Shown: positions 54,801 to 64,000 of the stretch, in pieces | How positions within the stretch are numbered: position 1 is the stretch's first letter | Layout: each line of letters starts with the position of its first letter | Source: an uncultured Planctomycetaceae bacterium | Lineage (GTDB): Bacteria; Planctomycetota; Planctomycetia; Pirellulales; PALSA-1355 | DNA: 64,000 nt | Direction: 5' to 3' | NCBI GenBank assembly: GCA_963785305.1 | Contig: CAWAUV010000004.1 | Coordinates: 96,001 to 160,000, forward strand | The notes under the pieces: generated by a model | The model's input: the letters and a program-made list of their open reading frames with translations, nothing else | What the model was told of the DNA's origin: nothing | Database searches by the model: none | Position numbers and translations under genes: made by a program

Positions 54801-55891
54801 CGAACTTGCGCGGGTTCGATCGCGACGAACAACAGGCGCTTGCTGAAATGCTGCTGCCCTCGGCGGTTCGCGCCGCGATGAAGCGATCGAAAGCCGGCTA
54901 TGCCTATGTCTCGCTCGATCCGGTCGTGCGTCAACCGCCGCTCGAAGGGCTGCTGCTCGACGCGGCGGCCGATAAGTACGTAGCCGAACTTTTGCCCCCG
55001 CTCAGTTATGCGCCATCGGCCATCCTGCTCCTCGGCCGGACGCGAATCCGCGCGACCCGGGAGCAAAAACCGGTTTCGCTGCTCGCCGTGGGAGTCGGGC
55101 GCCCCTCGACGGCGCGCGACCCGGCGTCGGCGGACTCGCCGGGCGCCTCGCTCGCGTCGACGTCGGCCGTGGTATCGGTCGACACCGAGTCAACCGCGAA
55201 ACCAACGTTCGACGCCGCGACCACCGGCCTCGCAACCGTTGGCGCGCATTATCTGGCGATCGGCGGTTCGCTCGCGCCGCTGTGGGTGGCCGAGCAGGAA
55301 TGCGCTCGTATCGAAAGCCGATTCGCGAAAGCGGCCCCGCGACCCGATTCACCGCCGCTCGATATATTGCGGCTCGAGGGCAACGCGGCGACCAAGAGCC
55401 GAGTGCGCGAGGCGCTCGCCGGCCGGGCGTTCGTGCATTTGGCGGCCCGAGGCGCGACCGACGATCGCCGCGGCGAGCTCTTCGGCACCGCCGCGCTGGC
55501 CAGCGACCCGGCAGCTCCGCCCGACGAACGATTTCTCGCCCTAAGCCAACTTCCCGCGTTGCCGCTCGGCGCCTGCCAACTCGTGGCGCTCGGCCATTGG
55601 GCGCCGAGGGCGTCGTCGCAGCGCGGCGGCGACCCGAACGATTGGCTCGCGCTCGGGTTCATGGCCGCGGGAGCGGAAGATGTGTTGATGAGTCAATGGT
55701 CCGGCGACGACGACGCGGCGGCATTGCTCGTCGAATCGTTCTGGAGTCATGTGGCCGGGGACCTCGAGCGGAAGACTCCGCCAAGATTTGCCGCCGCGCT
55801 CGCGGCGGCCCGGGCCGATGTTCGCCGCGATAGCCGCTTTCATGCGCCGCGCTACTGGGCCTCGTGGATGCTCGTCGGGCCGACACACTGA
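51858..55891 (+). CDS. Likely exported TPR + CHAT (caspase-like) domain protein with degenerate catalytic dyad; frameshifted
   Basis: TTG start after GGAG; MNKVSLLLALFC signal-like N-terminus; kinesin-light-chain-like TPRs; RAEFFSHF...ALGVAE; LEGNAATK, VHLAARG, LVALGHW, GFMAAGA..VLMSQW and APRYWASWMLVG. Confidence 0.8.
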
Positions 55892-56078
55892 AGCGGCGCG
55901 TCTTTTCCGGCGCCGCGTGGGTGACTCCGCCCGAGCGCTCGATTATGATCGGCGAGTCCCGTCCCTGGCGGTCTCGATCCCCTCTCTGGCCGCCGGCGCC
56001 CGTGGGCTCGTCCTCGGCGACCCCTTCTCGATGCCCCGTCCCGGTTGGCCGCCCGAAAACAATGCTTGAATCGCGACG

Positions 56079-59000
56079 ATGGACTTGAACTTCGTTCCAA
56101 TCTTGCTGCTGCTGTTGCTGGTCGTGACGATCGTCGGCCATGGCGTCTGGGTGCTCTTCGCGGCGATCTTCGGCGCTATCTTTCGGGCCGACGCCGCCGT
56201 GAGCCATCGGGCGCGGCGACGGGACGACGACGCGTTTATGCGACACCACGGCGCGGGGCCGCCATCGGTTGTCGATCGGCTTGCGTCGATCGATGGCCCG
56301 CGAACGATTCAGTCGCTTCAAACGCTCCAGGAGCAAGTGAATCGCTTCTTGGAGAGCGGCCTGATCGACCCGGCGGCGCATGACCGCGTGAGCGCTGTCA
56401 TCGTCGAGGAGTTGCGGCTCGCGCGCGGCGAGGTTCCGGCGGCCGAGCCCGCGAAATCGCGCGAGACCGCCGCATTTGCCGATATCGCGTCCGGCGCCGC
56501 CGCCGACGATGTCGCCGTCGATGAGTTGGAAGTGATCGAGACACCGCGCCCGGCCGAGCACTCGCCCGTCGAGCCCGCGCCGAGGGACACGCGACCACCC
56601 TGGCTGCACGAGCTGGAGAGTTTCACCGCGCGAAACGTCGAAGCCGCCGGCTCGACTGATACAATCTCGGACGATGCGGCGCACGAGCGCGACCAACGGT
56701 TCATGCGGCAAACGGCCGCCGCGCCGCCAACGGCATCCAGACCCACGCCAGCGCCCGCGCCTGGTCCGATCTGTTCGCCGCCTTCTTGGAGGAAAAGAAT
56801 ATCCGCTGGGGCGAGCTCGTCGGCGGACTGTTGATCGTTGGCTGCTCGATCGCCCTGGTGATCAGTTTTTGGGCTCGGATCGCCGAGCGGCCGTTCCTGA
56901 AATTCTTCGTGTTCAATGGCGTGACGGCGGCCCTGTTTGGACTCGGACTTTATTCCGAGCACCGCTGGCGACTGCGGACCACGAGCCGCGGACTTTTGCT
57001 CATCGCCGCGCTGCTTACGCCGCTCAATTTCCTGGCGATCGCCGCCTTCAATCGACCGGCGACGAGCGACTACTTGCTGCTGGGGGGCGAGCTCGCGTCG
57101 ACCGCGATCTTCGTCGGGCTACTCCATGGCGCTGGCCGAATCTTGGTCCCGGGCAGCCCGTGGTTGGTGGTGATCGGCGTGCTCGCGCCGTCGGTAATGC
57201 AACTGTTGACGCGGCGCTTCGTGCATCACGACACGCCGCTGATCGCCGAATGGCTGGGGCTTGGAACCGTGGCGGTGATGGGCGCCGTCAATGGTGCAAT
57301 GACGTGGCGGAAACCCGCATTGCCCACCGAGGGGGCCGAGCAGTCGCCTTCGACCGAGGCGCGGAGCGCTGTCGACGCCACTGACATGCACGCCGCGCGG
57401 GCCGATGAAGAGACTCTCGCGCCCGCGAGCCCCGACCGAGGCGCGTGCGACAATTCCGAGGCGGCGTTTTGTCTGTTGGGCTTGAGTGGGTTCGCTTCCG
57501 CGCTGGCGATCGCGCTGATGTGCGCGCGGCTTGGGCCATTTTTTGAAAGTATTCACCGACTGGCGTTTGAGCTCACGGTGGCAGGCGCCACGCCGCTTGC
57601 CGTCGGGCTGCTGCATTGGCGTCGGCTGTCGGTGGCTCGATGGCCCACTCAAAACACTGCCGCTTTGAGCATTGGGGTCGGTGGCGCGTTGCTCATGCTT
57701 GGCGCGGTCGCGGCGGCTTGGCCGACTCCGGCCGTGGTCCTGCCTAGCGCGGTTTTCGCCGCGGCGGTGTTGACCGCGGTCGCGTTTGTCTTCGATATCG
57801 CGGCAACGCATCTGCTCGTGGCCGGAATCACGACGATCGCGACACTCGTCGTCGGGGCCTTTTTCGCGGGCAAGCTCCCTTGGCACAATCACGGCGCCGC
57901 ACAATCGATCGAGTCGCTGTTTTTGGCCGAAAATGGTCGCATTCTGGCGTTGTTGGCATCGGTTTATGCCGCCGCTTGGATGGCATTGAGTCGCCGCCCG
58001 CGATCGGAGGAACACGCGCGCTTCATCGCCTGGGGCGGAATCGGAATCGCGGCGATCAGTATTGGTCTGACGACGTGGTTTGGATTTGGCCGCTGGGGCG
58101 ATCCCGCGCGAGTGACGCTCGTTTACGCGTTTTACATGGTCGCGGCCTATTTCGTGGCCCGGCGCTCCGGCAATCCTTGGGCGCTCGCGGCGGGCGCCGG
58201 ATTGTCGCTCTTGGCCTCGATCCAGGGCATCGTCTATTGGCTCGGCGATCAACCTGGAATCGAAACACGCTGGACAACCGGACTGCTGGTCGTCGCGGGT
58301 CTTTGGACACTGGCCGCCGCGGCGATCTCGCGCTGGCAAACTCCAGAGCGGCGGGAGCTATTCGCGCCGCTGCTCCTACGCGGCGCGACATGGTTGGCGG
58401 TCGCGGTGACGCTGGGGCTAATTTTCTTGGCTCAAGCTACTTGGCCCGGCGACATTGCAGCGCCGCGTTGGATGTTACACGAACGCGTCCCGCTCACCGA
58501 CGTGAATTGCGCTTCATTGGCTCGGACTCTCGGCCCTTTGGTTGGGGTTGGCCTGTTGGTCACGGAGCGACGCGAGCTCCTATTTCGCGGCGTTTCAGGC
58601 TTCGCTCGCGGTCGCGATCGGCTATGGTCTGGCGATCGCATTGAAGCGTCAAACTTGGTTTATCTTGGCGCGAGAACCCTGGTTCGATCCGTGGACGATC
58701 ATCGCCCTGGGAACAGCGCTCGCGGCTCAAAGCCTCGCTTGGAGTCTCGCGCGCGACTTGCCAGGCAAGCGCCGATCGTGGATCGCGCCCCCGGCGACTC
58801 GCAATCTTGCTCGATCCACCCTGGCCTGCCGTGGACGTTTGGTTCCGCTGGCTTTCGCTCGCGGTTTTCGTGGCGCTGGCGACCTACGCCGCCTACCCCG
58901 GCATTTGCAATGAGTTATTGCCGGCGCCGAGCGGGACAGCGTCGAGCGTCACACAATCCCTCGAACGATTCGAGTTCCCCGCCATGCCCCACGATCATGC

Positions 59001-62000
59001 GCACGGCTGGGGGATGTGGCTTTACTCGGTTGTGCTCGGCGCCGGCCTCGCGATCGCATTCATCGTCGAAGGCACGCCATTGTTACTGCTTGGCGCAACG
59101 CTGCTAATGGCCGCGATTTGCCCGCTCGTGGCCAGTTTCTGGCAATCCGACACGGCGACGGCATCGGCCCTGCGTTGGCTCGCGGCCGGAAGCTTGTTTG
59201 TATTTTCGGCTCCGGTCTGGGAGCGATGGCGACTGCTGCGTCTGGCCGCGATTGCGCATTGGAAATGGAGGGGCAAGTGGCGGCGGTTGCTGCGCGACGC
59301 GAGTTGGCTCACCGCGGCGGCGATAACGCTCGCGGTGGCGCCTCTGGGCCTGATTGCGATCTGTTCCGCGGTTGCCTCGCTTCGGCCAATGCACCCTTTG
59401 AGAAGCCTGGGGATGGTGGTCTGGCCGCTAGGATTCGCGCTCGCGGCGATGGCGATTGGTGAGCTGTCGCTCGGTGTTTGGCGCGCGAGCGCCCTTGCGG
59501 GATACGATCGGCTCCTTGGAAACCGGCGGCGCGATGACGAGCCATCGAGCGGACTCGGCTCGGCGAGCGCGGCGCCGTTTATCGCATTGCTGCTGTATTT
59601 GATTTGCGTACTGCTGCTGATTCCGGCGGCGGGGAACAATGTGAATCCCGCCAGTATCTTCGGCCTCATGGGGCCATCGGCCTCGCATGCCGCGCCGCTG
59701 CTGTTGATCGCGTTGGCGCTGGTGGGCTATGCGATCCGCGAGCGATCCGACGACTTCGCGCAAGCTGCTTGTCTCGTGACACAACTCGCCGCGTTGCTCG
59801 CTTATTACCTGGCGCCCGCGATGCGCAATCTCCCCTGGGATTGGATGCAATGGATTCGAGCAGCGCAGTTGAACGCGATCGTGGCGGCGTTGACCGGGCT
59901 TGTTTGGCTGGCGGCGATGGCCGGCTGGACACGCCGCCAGCGCCGCGGAATGTGGGTGAGACCCGGTTTGCGCACTCAGTTGAGTTTGCCGTTTGGATTC
60001 AATCTGTTGGTGCTCGCGCCCGCTTGGTTCGCGATCGTTTGGGATCCGCAACTCGGCCGGCGCGAGCTCGCGCCGATCGTTGACCACTGGGGATGGGCAG
60101 CGTTTGCCTTGGCCTTGAGCGGCACGATCGCCGTTGCCCTGAGCGAGCGGACGAACAAGCGGACAGCCGCCTGGAAGAGGCACTCGGTTTCGCTTTTCGC
60201 GTGGCTGCCGTTCGCGGGCGGCGCGTTCGTGGCGGCGAATATCGGGAGCTGGCGCAATGTCGATTGGGCCGCGTTTCATGCGATTCTGACGTATCAGACC
60301 GGGTTCATGGTCGCGGTGGCGATCGGTCTCGCGCTGCGGCCTTCGCTTCGAGCCCAGCAATTCCCGTCGGCTGGCGACGATGGCGGCTCGCCAGCGATCG
60401 GGTCGCTCGAGGCGCGGCGCGGCGCGGTGTTGCCGCTGTTCGCGGTGACCGCGATCACGGCGGCGCTGGCCTTGCGAGCGGCGTGGAACGAACCCGCGCC
60501 GCTTGCTTGGAGTTCGTTGCCGCTCGTAGCGGTGGGCGGAGTGTTCGCTTGGCTTGCGGCGTGGCTAATTCGTCCGAATTTGCTCTACTTGGCGGCCGTG
60601 GCGTTCAACGCCGCGGCGTCGGCGGCGATGTTGCCTTGGTTGAGAACGTCGCCCTGGCCTTGGCCCTGGGGCGACTGGGCGCGGCTGCAACGTTTGTTGC
60701 AAGTCAATGTCATCGTCCTGGCCGCTCCGGCTGGGCTCTGGGCGCTGCTCGAGCGCCGAGTGTTTCGTCGCGCGGAAGATGGCGCGGACCGCGCATTGCG
60801 AGTGCCGCCGCATCAGTTGGCCGCCTATGTGTCATCGCTCGCCATGGCGGTGCTCGTGGCCCGCGGATTATGGGCCGACGTTCACGGACAGCCACTTCAG
60901 TTTTGGATCACTTGGCAATGGGGGGCGATGATCGCCACCTTGCTCGCCGCGATTGCATGTCTTTGGGACAAGCATGTGCCCGATGCGATTCCGCTCATTT
61001 ATCTCGGCGGCTTGCTCACGCTAGGCGTGGCGCTCGACGGTCTCGATCTTTCCCTCATGCGGCTCGAATGGTTGGGCACGATTTTTCTGGCGGGCCACGG
61101 CCTCGCGACCAGCTATCTTTGGAGCCGGCGGGAGGGATTGCTGGCGATCGGTGACCGGCTGGCGATTCCGCGTCGAAGGGCCGATGCGGAATCGCCCGCG
61201 GCATGGATCGTGGCGGCCAATGGTCTGCTCGCGGGAGTGGTGATCGCGCTGGCCTTCGCGATTGAGTTGACGTTCGCCGATCGACCGACGCGCCTGCTGG
61301 TGGCCAACGCGGTGCTTGTGCAGCCCTTGGCCATGGGATTGTTGGCGCGGGGCGCCCGGCGCTCGCGGTTGCAAAGCGTTGCCTTGGCGCTGGGCGCCGT
61401 GGCGGCGGTTGCCGTTGGCTGGGCGCCGCTCGAGCCCGGCGCCGCGGGCGAATTGCTGGATCGGCTGGTGGTGGTGCTGGCGGCTCTGTCGCTGGTATCG
61501 ATCGTGTATGGGCTCGCGCTGGCGAAGCTTCTGCCTCGCGGGAGCGAGTGGCTGTTGGCCGCGCGGCGCATCAGCGGCAAGCTGATGATCGGCGCCGGGG
61601 TGTCGGCCGCGCTGGTAATCGGCGCTGAAGCGTGGCTCGCCGCGCTCGGACGCGCGGCCGACATGTCGTCTTGGGCCATCGCGCTCGTGGCGCTCGCCTT
61701 TGCCGGCTCATGCGCCGCCGCTCTCGCCGCGGCGGTGCTGCCTGGTCGCGACCCGCTCGGGCTCTCGGATCGAGGCCGCCAAGCATATGTCTACGGGGCG
61801 GAAGTCTGCCTCGGGTTGCTGTTCGTGCATCTACGGCTCACGATGCCGTGGCTCTTTCACGGAGTCTTCGAACGCTACTGGCCGCTGATCGTAATGCTGA
61901 TCGCCTATGTTGGCGCCGGCGTGGGAGAGCGATTGCGGCGCACTCGGTTCGTCGTGCTCGGCGAGCCGCTCGAACGCACCGGGGCTCTTTTGCCGCTACT

Positions 62001-62640
62001 GCCGGTCGTGGGGTTTTGGATTCTACCGTCGGGCGCGGTCGACTATTCGCTGCTGCTCATGGCCGTGGGGCTATTGTATTTCGGACTTGCGGTGGCTCGC
62101 AAAAGCTTTGGCTTCAGTGTTCTCGCCGCGTTTGCCGCGAATGGCAGTCTCTGGTGGTTGCTCCATCGCTGGGAAGGCTATCGGCTGCTCGATCACCCGC
62201 AGCTTTGGCTTGTTCCGCCGGCGTTGTGCGTGCTCATCGCCGCGGAATTGAACAAAAGGCAACTGGCCTCGGCCCAGATGGCGTCGATTCGTTATGCGTG
62301 CGGCGCGATGATCTATGTGTCGTCGACCGCCGACATTTTCTTGCGCGGCGTCGCCCAAGCGCCTTGGCTGCCGTTGGTGCTGGGGGCGCTGGCCATCGTG
62401 GGCGTGTTGGCGGGAATCTGGCTTCGAGTGCGGGCGTTTCTCTTCTTGGGCGTGGCGTTTTTGGCGATATCGCTGCTCACGATCATTTGGTATGCGGCCG
62501 TCGATCTCGAAATGACCTGGCTCTGGAGCGTGACCGGTATCGTGGCCGGGGTGCTGATTATCGCCCTATTCGCGGTTTTCGAAAAACAACGCGACACGCT
62601 GCTCAAGGCCGTCGAGCAACTCAAGACCTGGCAAGCCTGA
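56079..62640 (+). CDS. Giant polytopic membrane protein (about 2200 aa), function unknown; frameshifted
   Basis: Contiguous hydrophobic ORFs 56079..56834, 56786..about 58530, 58542..about 58800 and 58807..62640; FLEEKNIRWGELVGGLLIVGCSIALVIS; C-terminal HPQLWLVPP...YVSSTADIF...LFAVFEKQR. Confidence 0.75.
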
Positions 62641-63803
62641 GAAGGCGCGTAGACTTCGAGCCGAGTAAGCAAGACCGTCATATCGTCGGATTGCTCTCCG
62701 GCGGTAAACCGCCGAACCGATTCCAGAATGCCTCTCGCTTGCTCGGCCACCGGCCGATCGGCGAGCCCGGCGATGGTCTGAAAGATTCGCTCGCGTCCGA
62801 ACTGTTGATTATCCCGAGAGAAGCTTTCCTCGATCCCGTCGGTCATTAAAAGAATGAAATCGCCGGGCTCCACGGTCGTCTCGCTGGTAGTATAGGTCGC
62901 CTCGGGCAGCCATCCCAAAGGCGGCCCCGTGCTCAGCAGTTGCGACTTTAAGTTGCACTGATGCGATAAGACATAGCCTGCATGTCCCGCGCCGGCGTAG
63001 TGGAAGCGACCTTCGTCGACGAGCAATTGGCCAACGAATAGCGTCACGAAACGCCCATCCGCCAGGTCGTCGACCAGCAGTTGATTCACGGCGGACAGCA
63101 AGGAACCCAAGTCGCGATGCTGTCGACTCAAGGCGCGCAAATAGGCCTTCGCGGCGACCGAAACCAACGCGGAGGCGAATCCGTGGCCGCTGGCGTCGCC
63201 GATCATCAGGGTGACTTCGCCCAGGGGGCCCACCACGCAGTCGAGGAAGTCGCCACCGGCGGCGTCGGCGAACCTTGTTGCCCCGCCGATCTCGCAACCG
63301 GGAACTTGCGGGAACGACTTCGGCAGCATCGCCTCCTGAACAAGCTTTGCGGCAGTCACTTCGCGTTCGAGGTGCTTGCGAATCGTGATGTCGGAAACGG
63401 CCGCGACGACAAAGCGACCGGCGGCGTTTGTCACGGGCGTTAGTCCGATCTCGACGGGGAATTCGCGACCCTGCCGGTCGATGGCGCGAACCTCGCGTCC
63501 GACTCCCATCACGCGCGCGTGCGGGTCCTTGAGAAACGATCGCATTAGTTCCGGGTGCTGGGTCCGGTAAGTCGGCGGGATCAATAGTTCGACCGGTTGG
63601 CCGACCAGTTCGGAATCCGAAAATCCGAAAAGCTGATTGGCCTGTCGGTTGGTGAATGCGATCCGTCCGCGCTCGTCGATCGCAAGAATGGCGAGCGGCG
63701 CTCCTTGCAGAAACGAGAACGCCAAATCGCCGGAAGTCGCCGCGGTTGTTAGGGCGTGCTTCGTATTCAACGTTTTGAGGATCCGAAGTAGTTTTTCGTC
63801 CAA
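62313..63803 (-). CDS. PAS + PP2C/SpoIIE (RsbU-like) phosphatase; 3' end uncertain
   Basis: PAS (LFGF...ELVGQPVELLIP...GREFPVEIGL); VQEAMLP, GGDFLD, IGDASGHG, LMTDGIEE and SDDMTVL. Homology ends near 62660. Confidence 0.9.
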   Translation of the reverse strand: MDEKLLRILKTLNTKHALTTAATSGDLAFSFLQGAPLAILAIDERGRIAFTNRQANQLFGFSDSELVGQPVELLIPPTYRTQHPELMRSFLKDPHARVMGVGREVRAIDRQGREFPVEIGLTPVTNAAGRFVVAAVSDITIRKHLEREVTAAKLVQEAMLPKSFPQVPGCEIGGATRFADAAGGDFLDCVVGPLGEVTLMIGDASGHGFASALVSVAAKAYLRALSRQHRDLGSLLSAVNQLLVDDLADGRFVTLFVGQLLVDEGRFHYAGAGHAGYVLSHQCNLKSQLLSTGPPLGWLPEATYTTSETTVEPGDFILLMTDGIEESFSRDNQQFGRERIFQTIAGLADRPVAEQARGILESVRRFTAGEQSDDMTVLLTRLEVYAPSQACQVLSCSTALSSVSRCFSKTANRAIISTPATIPVTLQSQVISRSTAAYQMIVSSDIAKNATPKKRNARTRSQIPANTPTMASAPSTNGSQGAWATPRKKMSAVDDT

Positions 63804-64000
63804 CGCCTCAATGGCGAAGATCGGCCATGGCGGCGGCGTTTGGTGGAAGGTCCCAGCCGAGCGAGGCCCAGCCGTCGGCTAGCTTTACGAAGCGCAGCGG
63901 CGCCTTGCCGGCGCAGTTGCCAGGCCCCGGGCAGCGACAGGCCGTTGCTCGTCTTCGACTCCGGAAACACGAGCTCTTGCATGCGGCTCTTGATCTTGCC

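Noticed and set aside
43921..55891. CHAT protease / anti-sigma / ECF proteolytic cascade
   Set aside because: The genes are separated by TPR, xerD and galE, and the CHAT domain lacks catalytic residues.
63767..64000. 3' end of a minus-strand gene at the window edge
   Set aside because: Probably real, but too short and frame-ambiguous to call.

Overview
High-GC bacterial chromosome segment, almost certainly Planctomycetota and probably Pirellulales-like. The evidence is DUF1559 prepilin-like, DUF1592/DUF1552, planctomycete cytochrome c, PVC-type CxxCH heme, LEPR-XLL and sulfatase genes. Most of the window is core or semi-core: glnA, rpiB, a Sua5/TsaC-LMW phosphatase fusion, a MoxR ATPase, tatC, manA, a hybrid histidine kinase, LysR-gltB-gltD, a radical SAM enzyme, xerD-like and galE. 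Many genes, including housekeeping ones, are split by single-base frameshifts. This is most simply explained by uncorrected long-read indels, so genes were reassembled across frames by eye and some starts and ends are approximate. No rRNA, tRNA, CRISPR array or transposase was recognised. The most interesting parts are: (1) an orphan Rhs cassette (21.8-24.9 kb) with a low-GC, Cys-rich, possibly serum-amyloid-A-like C-terminal domain, a membrane-anchored candidate immunity gene and a second truncated Rhs-core copy; (2) a likely exported TPR-CHAT protein lacking both caspase catalytic residues, between a short LEPR-XLL protein and a ~2200-aa polytopic membrane protein; (3) an ECF sigma factor with an anti-sigma/YfbK-vWA fusion; (4) a strong sigma70-like promoter overlapped by two TGTACA-N2-TGTACA-like palindromes in front of a small unknown ORF; (5) a structured intergenic leader, a 32-bp AT-rich palindrome and a dispersed REP-like hairpin. 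All family assignments come from motif recognition, not database searches.
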